59,063 bases of DNA from Aestuariivirgaceae bacterium (lineage in GTDB: Bacteria; Pseudomonadota; Alphaproteobacteria; Rhizobiales; Aestuariivirgaceae): NCBI GenBank assembly GCA_036746875.1, contig DAIODI010000001.1, positions 1 to 59,063 on the forward strand. Reading direction: 5' to 3'. Made by a program: the position numbers and the translations under genes. Positions 36,838 to 45,204 of the stretch are shown in pieces (the first letter of the stretch is position 1; every line of letters begins with the position of its first letter). The notes beneath the pieces were generated by a model. That model was not told where the DNA came from and made no database searches. It worked only from the letters and a program-made list of their open reading frames with translations.

Positions 36838-38391
36838 ATGACCACCTCCCCCACCCGCCGCGAGGCGCTCCAACGCCTGACGCTGGCCGCGCTCGCCGGG
36901 CTCCTCGGTTTGCCGGCCGTCGCGCGCGCCGCCATCCGGTATCACGAGGCGAAACCGTTCAGCTTCGACGCCCTGACCGCGCGGGCGAAGGCGCTGGCGG
37001 GCAAGCCGTTCAAGGCGGAGGCGATCAAGGCCGAGGCGATCCTCGACCGGATCGACTTCGAGCAGCATATCGACATCGGCTACCGCGAGGACGCGACGCT
37101 GTTCGCCGGGCAGCGTTTTCCGGTGCGGCTGTTCCATCCGGGCAAGTTCTTCAAGGAGCCGGTGCACATCTCGGTCGTTTCCGGCGACAGCGCCCGCGAG
37201 ATCGTCTATTCGCCGGAGCTGTTTTCGTTCGGCGAGAAGTCGGCGTTCGCAAAGGCGCTGCCGGACGACATCGGCTTCGCCGGTTTCCGGGTGATGAATC
37301 CGGGCCTGCGCGGCGACTGGCTCGCCTACCTCGGCGCCAGTTACTTCCGCACCGCCGGCGACGAGCACCAGTACGGGCTCTCGGCGCGCGGCGTCGCCAT
37401 CGACACCGCCACCGAGCGGGCGGAGGAGTTCCCGCGCTTCACCCACTTCTACCTGGACCCGCGCCCCGACATGTTCGTCGTCTATGCGCTGCTGGACGGG
37501 CCGAGCATCGCCGGGGCCTACCGCTTCGAGTGGCGCGACGAGCCGGCGATGGTGGGAACCATCGAGGCGCGGCTGTTCCCGCGCGCCGACATCGGCCGCC
37601 TCGGCGTGGCGCCGCTCACCAGCATGTACTGGTACTCCGAGACGCATCGCCAGCAGGGCCCGGACTGGCGTCCCGAGGTGCATGACAGCGACGGCCTGTC
37701 GATCTGGACCGGCGCGGGCGAGCGCATCTGGCGGCCGCTCAACAACCCGCCGCGGGTGATGACCTCCACCTTCTCCGACGCCTCGCCGAAGGGCTTCGGC
37801 CTGTTGCAGCGCGACCGGCGGTTTGAGTCCTACGAGGACGACGGGGTGTTTTACGAGAAGCGCCCCTCGGTGTGGGTGGAACCGTTGGGCGACTGGGGCA
37901 AGGGCGCTGTGCAGCTTGTCGAAATCCCCACCGACGTGGAGATCCACGACAACATCGTCGCCTACTGGACGCCGGCCGCGCCGGTGCGGAAGGGTGAGGC
38001 GCTCACCTACGCCTACCGCCTGCACTGGGCGGGGCCGGAGCCGTTTCCGCCCGGCGCGGCGCGCGTGGTGGCGACCTTCTCCGGCCGTGGCGGCCGGCCC
38101 GCCGAGCAGGGCAAGGCGGGGTTCGAGAAGTACGTCATCGACCTGGAAGGCGGCGGCATCGAGAAGTACGAGACGGCGGACGGGCTTATCCCGAGCGTCG
38201 AGGCCTCGCGCGGGGTGATCGAGGACGCCTACGCGATCCGGGTGGACGGCGCCAAGCGCTGGCGCATGGTGTTCGACATCAAGGCCGACGGCAAGGAGCC
38301 GGTGGACATACGCGCCTATCTGAAGGCGCCCGACGGCCGGGCGCTCTCCGAGACGTGGCTCTATCAGCACTTCCCGGCGGGGCATGGGTAG
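36838..38391 (+). CDS. opgD: periplasmic glucan biosynthesis protein (OpgD/MdoD type, Tat signal)
   Basis: MTTSPTRREALQRLTLAALAGLLGLPAVARA twin-arginine leader and an MdoG/MdoD-family body. 517 aa. Confidence 0.88.
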   Translation: MTTSPTRREALQRLTLAALAGLLGLPAVARAAIRYHEAKPFSFDALTARAKALAGKPFKAEAIKAEAILDRIDFEQHIDIGYREDATLFAGQRFPVRLFHPGKFFKEPVHISVVSGDSAREIVYSPELFSFGEKSAFAKALPDDIGFAGFRVMNPGLRGDWLAYLGASYFRTAGDEHQYGLSARGVAIDTATERAEEFPRFTHFYLDPRPDMFVVYALLDGPSIAGAYRFEWRDEPAMVGTIEARLFPRADIGRLGVAPLTSMYWYSETHRQQGPDWRPEVHDSDGLSIWTGAGERIWRPLNNPPRVMTSTFSDASPKGFGLLQRDRRFESYEDDGVFYEKRPSVWVEPLGDWGKGAVQLVEIPTDVEIHDNIVAYWTPAAPVRKGEALTYAYRLHWAGPEPFPPGAARVVATFSGRGGRPAEQGKAGFEKYVIDLEGGGIEKYETADGLIPSVEASRGVIEDAYAIRVDGAKRWRMVFDIKADGKEPVDIRAYLKAPDGRALSETWLYQHFPAGHG

Positions 38392-38437
38392 GGCATATCG
38401 CCTGACCCTGGAGCGGGGCCCGGGCAAGTGAACAAGC

Positions 38438-38514
38438 CTGGCCGCTCTATCTCCTCCATATTGCGTCATCTTTTTCCGCCACGTGGCGTCCGCTTGGCGG
38501 GATGATGCCCTACC
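38438..38514. repeat. Conserved hairpin element, copy 3 of 4 (long form, 77 nt)
   Basis: Aligns without gaps to copy 1 with 61 of 77 identical by my count. The CTA at 38510-38512 is the TAG stop of the DegP-like gene. Confidence 0.8.
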
Positions 38515-39571
38515 GCTCGCCGATATCCGTCACCTCCACGCGCAGGGTGAGCGCGGCGCCGTTCCGGATGATGTCGAGCGTCACCGTCTCGCCCATGCGC
38601 TTGCCTTCCAGCGCCCGGGTGAGGTCGGCGAGGCGGCGCACCTTGCGGCCCTCCACGCCGACGATGATGTCGCCCTCGCCGCCGGCGTCCTCAAAGCCGC
38701 GCAGGCCCGCCTTCAGCGCCGGCGAGCCGGGCAGCGTGCGCGCCACGATGATCCCCTCGACGCCGGCGTGCATGGCGGCCTCCTCCTCGGCCGCCATGAT
38801 GCCGATCCCGGGGGTGGGCACGCGGCCGTCGCGGATCAGCTGCGGCACGATGCGGTTGACGACGTCCACGGGGATGGCGAACCCGATGCCGGCGTTGGCG
38901 CCGGAGGGCGAGAAGATGGCGGTGTTGACGCCGATCAGCCGGCCGGCGGAATCGAGCAGCGGCCCGCCGGAGTTGCCGGGGTTGATGGCGGCGTCGGTCT
39001 GGATCACGTCGGCGAGTTCGCGCCCGCCGCTGGTCGGCAGGCGGCGGTTCAGCGCGCTGATGACCCCGGTGGTGAGAGACTGGTCGAGGCCATAGGGGTT
39101 GCCGATGGCGAACGCCGACTGGCCCACCGCGAGATCGCCGGACGAGCCGAGCGGGATCGGCGGCGGCAGGGCGCTGCGGGTGTCGAGCCGAAGCACCGCC
39201 AGGTCGTAGTTCGGGGCGGCGCCGATGACGCGCGCCCCGATCACCTCGCCGGACGCCAGCCGCACCGTGACGTTGCGCGCGCCATCGACAACATGATGGT
39301 TGGTCACGGCGTGCCCCACCGTGTCCCAGATGAAACCGGTGCCCGCCCCTGCGCCTTGCGCGCCGCGGCTGCCCACCTGGAGCACCGACGGCGAGACGGC
39401 GCGAAACAGGGCCACGGTCGCCTGTTCCTGCGCCGCAAGGTCGCCCCGCGCCTCGATGGCGCGCGGGGCGTCGGTGGCGAGAAAGATCCGCTCAAGCCAC
39501 GGCGTGGCGACCGAGAACGCCATCAGCCCCAAAAGCACGAGCAGGCCGAACCGGGTGAATCTGTCGCTCAT
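38510..39571 (-). CDS. S1C-family serine protease with one PDZ domain (DegP/HtrA-like)
   Basis: TNHHVV (His), a GNSGGPL serine motif, a C-terminal PDZ, and an N-terminal anchor MSDRFTRFGLLVLLGLMAF. Confidence 0.9.
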   Translation of the reverse strand: MSDRFTRFGLLVLLGLMAFSVATPWLERIFLATDAPRAIEARGDLAAQEQATVALFRAVSPSVLQVGSRGAQGAGAGTGFIWDTVGHAVTNHHVVDGARNVTVRLASGEVIGARVIGAAPNYDLAVLRLDTRSALPPPIPLGSSGDLAVGQSAFAIGNPYGLDQSLTTGVISALNRRLPTSGGRELADVIQTDAAINPGNSGGPLLDSAGRLIGVNTAIFSPSGANAGIGFAIPVDVVNRIVPQLIRDGRVPTPGIGIMAAEEEAAMHAGVEGIIVARTLPGSPALKAGLRGFEDAGGEGDIIVGVEGRKVRRLADLTRALEGKRMGETVTLDIIRNGAALTLRVEVTDIGER

Positions 39572-39641
39572 CGAACCTCAAGCCGGACGAATGGAATATC
39601 CGGCTAGAAAAGCGTTACGGCCCGGTCAAGGCGGCGGACCG

Positions 39642-41465
39642 TCACGGTCGCGCCGCCCAGGCCGGAGCCGCCTCCGCCCGAAGCCTGGCGGCGGCGGGGT
39701 AAACGGCGATGCGCGGCACCCAGCCCTTGCGCAACGCCCGCTGCATCCCCTTCCAGTAGTCGGCGGTGAGGATGTCCGGGTGCGCCTCGCGGAAAATGCG
39801 CCGCAGCCGGCGGTCGTCGAGCATCAGTCCGGCGTCGAGCTCCTCGGGGAGAAACACGACGCCGGTCTCGAACACCCACTCCGGCACCGCCTCCTCGCCG
39901 TCCTCGCGCCCGGCGTTGGTGAAAATCTTCACCTCCAGAAGCGGCTCCACGGCGTCATAGTCGAACAGGAACACCTTGCCGAAGCGGCTCACCCCGTAGT
40001 TGCGGGCGTCGAGGTCCTTGTTGAAGATGTTGGCGGCGGCGTTGTTCTTGATGCAGTGGCCGAGGTTCACCATCGCGGCCGCCGCCTGCTCGGCTGACGC
40101 CGTCTTCACGTAGATCGGCAGCGGCGTCATCTTGGTCTGGGCGATGAGATGGCGGAACACCATGAAGCCGCCGGCCTCGCTCACGGACCCGCCCGCCGCC
40201 TCCAGCAGCTCCGCCTTGAGCGCCTCGGCGAACCACTCGGCCGGCAGGCGGATGCCCTCGAACACGATGTTGTCGAGCATCGAGCCGGTGCGGTTGATCT
40301 CATGCACCCGGCGATATTTCTCGAGCACCGTCTCGACGCCGGCGAACGCGCCCCACTTGTAGTGCTTCGTCGGCGTGTCGCGGATCACCTTCAGCACGTA
40401 GTTGCTGCCCGGCGCGGAAAAGCCGATCGCCACCGTGCCGCGAAAGCCCGCCGCCGTGTCGAGCCGCTCGCCGGACTCCTCAAGCTCGCGGGCGAGCTCC
40501 TGGACCACGGCGGGCTTGCCGGTGTGGTTGTAGCCGATGGCCGAGTAATGGATGCCAAGCGGCCTTCGCGGCATGATGCGGTGCAGGAACGAGGCGATCT
40601 CGTGGAACCGCGTCGAGGTGACGTGGAAGCTCGCCAGCGTGGTTGAGAACACGTTGTGGAGGTCCGCCTCGCGGGTCAGCACGGCGTCGGCGAACACGCC
40701 CGCGCGGCTGTTCTCGAGCGCGATCATCAGCGGCGGGCGGCTGCCGTCGGCGAGCACGATGCGGCCGACGAGATACGCGCCGCGGTTGCGGTAGAACCCG
40801 GCGTCGATCATCTCGATCTGCTCGATGGCGTCCGGTTGCGAGCCGTCGAGACCGAAGCTTTCGTTCAGCCGCGCCGCGATCAGCCGGGAATCGTCCTTCA
40901 GGTCGCGATACGGCGCGGAGAAGCCCGGAATGGCGAGGATGGCCGCCACCCCGCGCTCGCTCACCGCCGCGCCGCCGGGAAACTGCTTCAGGATGGCGTC
41001 GGCCGGCAGCCGGCGCGCGGCGGCCTTGCCGTAGGTGTAGTCCACCGGGCCGGAGATGTTGCGGGTGAGCGCGCGGCGCAGCGAGCGCAGCCACGACATG
41101 GCGAGGTCGCGCTCGTAGCGCCTGGCGATCAACGGCTCGTAGGCCGCCTCCACCTCGTCCCAGGCGCGGATCGACTCCGCCAGTTCCGGCCAGGCCTCCA
41201 CGAGACGCGGCCCGGCGGTGCGGATCGACAGCGAGTAGTTCGACATGCGCCGCCGCGACAGATAGGTGGAGAGCGCCGCCGCGCGGGTCTCGAAGGCGTG
41301 CTGCGCCTGTTCGGGGATCGAGATTTCCTCGCGATGGTAGATGTCGAACTCGGCGACGAGGAAGCGGGCGGCGAGCGCCACGCGCGCCGAGCGGTGCCGC
41401 GCGCCGACGATGCCGAGGATGATCTGTTGGGGGTCGGCGGCGCGCGCGCCGTAGGGCTCGCCCAT
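39642..41465 (-). CDS. aceK: bifunctional isocitrate dehydrogenase kinase/phosphatase
   Basis: Full-length AceK-like sequence including NLGHCIKNNAAANIFNKDLDARNYGVSRFGKVFLFDYDAV and ADYWKGMQ. 607 aa. Confidence 0.9.
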   Translation of the reverse strand: MGEPYGARAADPQQIILGIVGARHRSARVALAARFLVAEFDIYHREEISIPEQAQHAFETRAAALSTYLSRRRMSNYSLSIRTAGPRLVEAWPELAESIRAWDEVEAAYEPLIARRYERDLAMSWLRSLRRALTRNISGPVDYTYGKAAARRLPADAILKQFPGGAAVSERGVAAILAIPGFSAPYRDLKDDSRLIAARLNESFGLDGSQPDAIEQIEMIDAGFYRNRGAYLVGRIVLADGSRPPLMIALENSRAGVFADAVLTREADLHNVFSTTLASFHVTSTRFHEIASFLHRIMPRRPLGIHYSAIGYNHTGKPAVVQELARELEESGERLDTAAGFRGTVAIGFSAPGSNYVLKVIRDTPTKHYKWGAFAGVETVLEKYRRVHEINRTGSMLDNIVFEGIRLPAEWFAEALKAELLEAAGGSVSEAGGFMVFRHLIAQTKMTPLPIYVKTASAEQAAAAMVNLGHCIKNNAAANIFNKDLDARNYGVSRFGKVFLFDYDAVEPLLEVKIFTNAGREDGEEAVPEWVFETGVVFLPEELDAGLMLDDRRLRRIFREAHPDILTADYWKGMQRALRKGWVPRIAVYPAAARLRAEAAPAWAARP

Positions 41466-42648
41466 CGCCTCCGCGCGCCAGCTCGCGCATGGCGGCGTCC
41501 AGCCCTTCGATGGTGAGGGGATACATGCGGCCCTCGAGGAGGCGGCGGATGAGATCGGTCGAGGGCGTGTAATCCCAGGCGCGCTCGGGCGCCGGATTGA
41601 GCCAGGCGGCGCGCGGGAAGGCGGCGGCCAGGCGCTGGAGCCACACCATTCCCGCCTCGTCGTTCATGTGCTCCACCGACCCGCCCGGGTGCGTGAGCTC
41701 GAACGGCGACATGGCGGCGTCGCCGACGAAGATCAGCTTGTAGTCGGAAGGGTAGGTGCGCAGCACCTCCCATGTGGGGATGCGCTCGGTGTGGCGGCGT
41801 CGGTTCTCGCGCCAGACCGTCTCGTAGACGCAGTTGTGGAAGTAGAAGTATTCGAGGCGCCTGAACTCGGCGCGCGCCGCGGAAAACAATTGCTCGCACA
41901 GCCGCACGTAGGGGTCCATCGAACCGCCGACATCGAGGAACAGCAGCACCTTCACCGTGTTGCGCCGCTCCGGTACGAGGCGGATGTCGAGGTAACCCCG
42001 GTTGGCGGTTGCGTTGATGGTGCCGTGAAGGTCAAGCTCCTCGGCGGCGCCTTCGCGGGCGAACTTGCGAAGCCGTCTCAGCGCCACCTTGATGTTGCGC
42101 GCGCCAATCTCCACGGTGTCGTCGAGATCGCGGAACTCGCGTTTGTCCCAGACCTTGATGGCGCGGTTGTTGCGGTTCTCCGCCTGGCCGATGCGGACGC
42201 CGGCCGGGTTGTAGCCGTAAGCGCCGAAGGGGGACGTGCCCCCGGCGCCGATCCACTTCGCGCCGCCCTCGTGGCGGCCCTGCTGTTCGGCAAGACGCTT
42301 CTTCAGCTCCTCCATGATCTTCTCGAAGCCGCCGAGGGCCTCAATCATGGCCTTCTCCTCGTCGGTGAGGAATTTCTCGTTGAGCTTCCTCAGCCACTCT
42401 TCCGGAATGGCGGCGACGAGATCGTCCTGGCCAACGGCGGCGAGCCCCCGGAACACCTCGCCGAACACGTGGTCGAACCGGTCGAGGTTGCGCTCGTCCT
42501 TCACCAGGCTTGTGCGGGCGAGATAGTAGAAATCCTCGACGCTGTAGCCGGCCACGCCCGCCTCCAGCCCCTGGAGAAAGGCCAGGTACTCGCGCACCGT
42601 CGCCGGCACGCCCGCGACTTTCAGGCGCTGGAAGAACGTCACGAACAT
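40480..42648 (-). CDS. VWA domain protein, CoxE-like; family homology covers only 41473-42648 (392 aa), and the rest of the ORF is a read-through into aceK
   Basis: MFVTFFQRLKVAGVPATVREYL...LFLDVGGSMDPY...PLTIEGLDAAMRELAR. There is no stop where the family ends. The next in-frame stop is at 40480. Confidence 0.6.
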   Translation of the reverse strand: MFVTFFQRLKVAGVPATVREYLAFLQGLEAGVAGYSVEDFYYLARTSLVKDERNLDRFDHVFGEVFRGLAAVGQDDLVAAIPEEWLRKLNEKFLTDEEKAMIEALGGFEKIMEELKKRLAEQQGRHEGGAKWIGAGGTSPFGAYGYNPAGVRIGQAENRNNRAIKVWDKREFRDLDDTVEIGARNIKVALRRLRKFAREGAAEELDLHGTINATANRGYLDIRLVPERRNTVKVLLFLDVGGSMDPYVRLCEQLFSAARAEFRRLEYFYFHNCVYETVWRENRRRHTERIPTWEVLRTYPSDYKLIFVGDAAMSPFELTHPGGSVEHMNDEAGMVWLQRLAAAFPRAAWLNPAPERAWDYTPSTDLIRRLLEGRMYPLTIEGLDAAMRELARGGDGRALRRARRRPPTDHPRHRRRAAPLGARGARRPLPRRRVRHLPSRGNLDPRTGAARLRDPRGGALHLSVAAAHVELLAVDPHRRAASRGGLAGTGGVDPRLGRGGGGLRAVDRQALRARPRHVVAALAAPRAHPQHLRPGGLHLRQGRRAPAAGRRHPEAVSRRRGGERARGGGHPRHSGLLRAVSRPEGRFPADRGAAERKLRSRRLATGRHRADRDDRRRVLPQPRRVSRRPHRARRRQPPAADDRAREQPRGRVRRRRADPRGGPPQRVLNHAGELPRHLDAVPRDRLVPAPHHAAKAAWHPLLGHRLQPHRQARRGPGARPRA

Positions 42649-42661
42649 GGGCTGACTTCTA

Positions 42662-43609
42662 TCAGGCGCTCTCGCGGCGGAGAAGCCGCCTGACGTGCGG
42701 CAGCCCCCGGGTGGCGATCAGTACGCCGGCCGCGGCGATGGCCATGCCGGCCCAGGCGACGGGCGGCATCGCCTCGCCGAGCAGCACCCAGGCGATGACG
42801 GCGGCCATCGGCGGCACCATGAAGAACAGCGCCGAGACGCGCGAGGCTTCTCCGGCGCGGATCATGGCGAGCAGCAGCGTCATCGAGATGAGGGAGTTGG
42901 CGACGACCAGATAGAGCACCGTGACCATGAGTTGCCATGTCCAGTCCACGCGCATGTCCTCGCTCGCCAGCGCCAGCGGCAGCACGAACAGGAGGCCGAT
43001 GACGTACTGGATGGCGTTCGCCGTCACCGGATGCTGGCTGACGCCAAAACGCTTCTCGTAGAGCGTGCCGCAGGTCATTCCTGCGAGCGCGGCCGTGGCG
43101 CAGATCAGCGCCCCGGCGCTTGTCACCTCGACCTCCGAGCGGGCGACGATGACGACGGCCGCGCCGATCAGGCCCAGAACGAGGCCGGTCCAGCGCGTCC
43201 AGCCGACATGCTCGCCGGCGAATCGCGGCGCAAGCAGGCCGACCAGGATCGGCTGGAGCGACACGATCAGCGCCACGCTCCCCGCCGACGCGCCGAGCCA
43301 GAAGGCGAAGTAGGAGAAACCGAAATAGACGCCCTGCACGAGGAAGCCGGTGACGGCGACGTGCAGGTAATCGACGCCGCGCTTTGGCAGCGGCGGGCGC
43401 AGGATGAGGGCCAAGGGCGCAAGCACCGCCAGCACCAGCGCATAGCGCAGGGCGAGGAACGTCATCGGCGGCGCGTACTGGAGGCCGATCCTGGCGCAGG
43501 CGAAACCCGACGACCACAGCATGAGGAAGACGAACGGGGCCGCCTTCAGCCACAGCGGTTTGCCCTCCGCCACGGCCGCTGCGGACAGGCCGTCGCCGCG
43601 ATCGCTCAT
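42662..43609 (-). CDS. DMT-superfamily (EamA) transporter
   Basis: Ten hydrophobic segments, 315 aa. Confidence 0.88.
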   Translation of the reverse strand: MSDRGDGLSAAAVAEGKPLWLKAAPFVFLMLWSSGFACARIGLQYAPPMTFLALRYALVLAVLAPLALILRPPLPKRGVDYLHVAVTGFLVQGVYFGFSYFAFWLGASAGSVALIVSLQPILVGLLAPRFAGEHVGWTRWTGLVLGLIGAAVVIVARSEVEVTSAGALICATAALAGMTCGTLYEKRFGVSQHPVTANAIQYVIGLLFVLPLALASEDMRVDWTWQLMVTVLYLVVANSLISMTLLLAMIRAGEASRVSALFFMVPPMAAVIAWVLLGEAMPPVAWAGMAIAAAGVLIATRGLPHVRRLLRRESA

Positions 43610-43758
43610 GCAGCGGCTGTAGCGGGCGCCGGGCGCGCCGGCAAGGCGACGGCCGTCGCGGCTGGCATGCGCACGCCGGAGTAGTGGCCTTTGTCACATC
43701 GCCGCGCCACGACTCGAGCTAATCATTCGCATGTTGGTGACATTTCACGGGGCAAACC

Positions 43759-44094
43759 ATGAAACATCTGATTGCGCTGGCGCTCGTCGCAGCGTCCACG
43801 GTGGCCGCTCAGGCGACCGAACTCCGTCCGATCGAGGCCGCATCCATCGAGCTGGGGCCGGTGAAGGGCGTCGCCTACTACGATCTTCGGGGCAGCGAGT
43901 GCCACCTCGTGGCGACACTGGCGCAGGGCGAGGGCCTGCCGGTGCGGTTTTCTTCCATACTTGCGCCGCAAGAGCGGATCAGCATTTCCGTGCCGGGTCC
44001 GGCTGGCGCCGCCGCGCAGGAAATCGTCTTCACCCGCCGTGGCGATTCGGTGGTGGTGAGCGGTCCGCAGCCGGTGCGGTCGCTGAACAACTGA
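43759..44094 (+). CDS. hypothetical secreted protein (111 aa)
   Basis: Signal peptide MKHLIALALVAASTVAAQA. The only plus-strand gene in a 14-kb minus-strand run. Confidence 0.55.
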   Translation: MKHLIALALVAASTVAAQATELRPIEAASIELGPVKGVAYYDLRGSECHLVATLAQGEGLPVRFSSILAPQERISISVPGPAGAAAQEIVFTRRGDSVVVSGPQPVRSLNN

Positions 44095-44100
44095 GGGCGT

Positions 44101-45204
44101 TCAGGCCTTCTTCTCCTCCGCCGCTTCGGCGGGGGAGAAATCGGCGATGCGTTGCAGCACATCCGAGAGGCCGGGCTTCTCGCGGCTGAGCCACGGCAGC
44201 GGCCGGCACACATCCAGCGCGGCGAGGCCGATGCGCGCGGTCATGATCCCGTTGACCGCGCCTTCCCCGAAACGCGCCGAGAGCCGGCCGAGGAGACCGC
44301 GTCCCAGCACGTGCTGCGTCAGGCTGTCGGTGAGCGCGACGCCGCCGGTGACGGCGAGGTGCCCCACCACCATTCGGGCGAGGCGGAACGTGCCGAGCGT
44401 GCCCGGCCGGCCGCCGTAGAGCGTCGCCAGCTCGTTCAGCATGCGGAGATTCTGGGCGGCGACGAACAGGATATCGAGAGCCGGCGTCGGCAGCAGCGCG
44501 GTGGTGAGCGTGACGCGCCGCGACGCGCGCGTGATGATGCGGGTCGCCGCGTCGTCGAGCTTCGACACCACGTCGCGCTCGGCGAGCCGGATGCGGTCGG
44601 CGGGGTCCATGATGTCGCCGGCGTGCCTGTCGAGCGCGGCGAGGCCGGCGGAGAGATCGCCGCGGCCGCGATACAGGCGCTTCAGGTGCCGCACCGCTTC
44701 GCCTGCCGCCTTCGCGTCGTTGGCGGTGATGGCGCGCGCCGCGTCCTCCTGGATCGAGCCCAGCGCATGGAGGCGGATCAGGCCGTAGATTTCCCGCCCC
44801 ATGATCCCTGCGACGGCGAACGCAAACGCCGCCGCCAGCGCCGCGCCGAACCATCCCGCGGCGGCGGAGCGGGCGAACAGCGCCTCGATGAACTGCGAGA
44901 CCGAAAGCGAAAACCACAGCGCTACAAGCGAAAAACCGCTGGTGAGGAGCAGGCTTCCCCAGCGCATGGTCTGCGAAAGCGCCGCCGGGGAGACCGGCGG
45001 TTCGGCGGGAACGAGCGGGGCCGGCGGCTCGTCCGGCTCCATCACGATATCCGGCGCAGGCCCGGCGCGCGGCCTGCGGGGCTTGCCCGCCGCGGGGCGC
45101 GCCTCGGGCATTGCCTCAGGCTCTGAGGCGGCCTCAGCTGCGCGCTGCGCGTGCGGCGCGGGGCCGATGCGAAACGCTTGCGGGCGGCGCGGCTCGTCGC
45201 TCAT
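44101..45204 (-). CDS. ycjF: YcjF-family membrane protein (UPF0283/DUF697)
   Basis: TM pair after a Pro-rich N-terminus. LNELATLYGGRPG...VNGIMTARIGLAA. ATGA overlap with the ycjX stop. Confidence 0.85.
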   Translation of the reverse strand: MSDEPRRPQAFRIGPAPHAQRAAEAASEPEAMPEARPAAGKPRRPRAGPAPDIVMEPDEPPAPLVPAEPPVSPAALSQTMRWGSLLLTSGFSLVALWFSLSVSQFIEALFARSAAAGWFGAALAAAFAFAVAGIMGREIYGLIRLHALGSIQEDAARAITANDAKAAGEAVRHLKRLYRGRGDLSAGLAALDRHAGDIMDPADRIRLAERDVVSKLDDAATRIITRASRRVTLTTALLPTPALDILFVAAQNLRMLNELATLYGGRPGTLGTFRLARMVVGHLAVTGGVALTDSLTQHVLGRGLLGRLSARFGEGAVNGIMTARIGLAALDVCRPLPWLSREKPGLSDVLQRIADFSPAEAAEEKKA

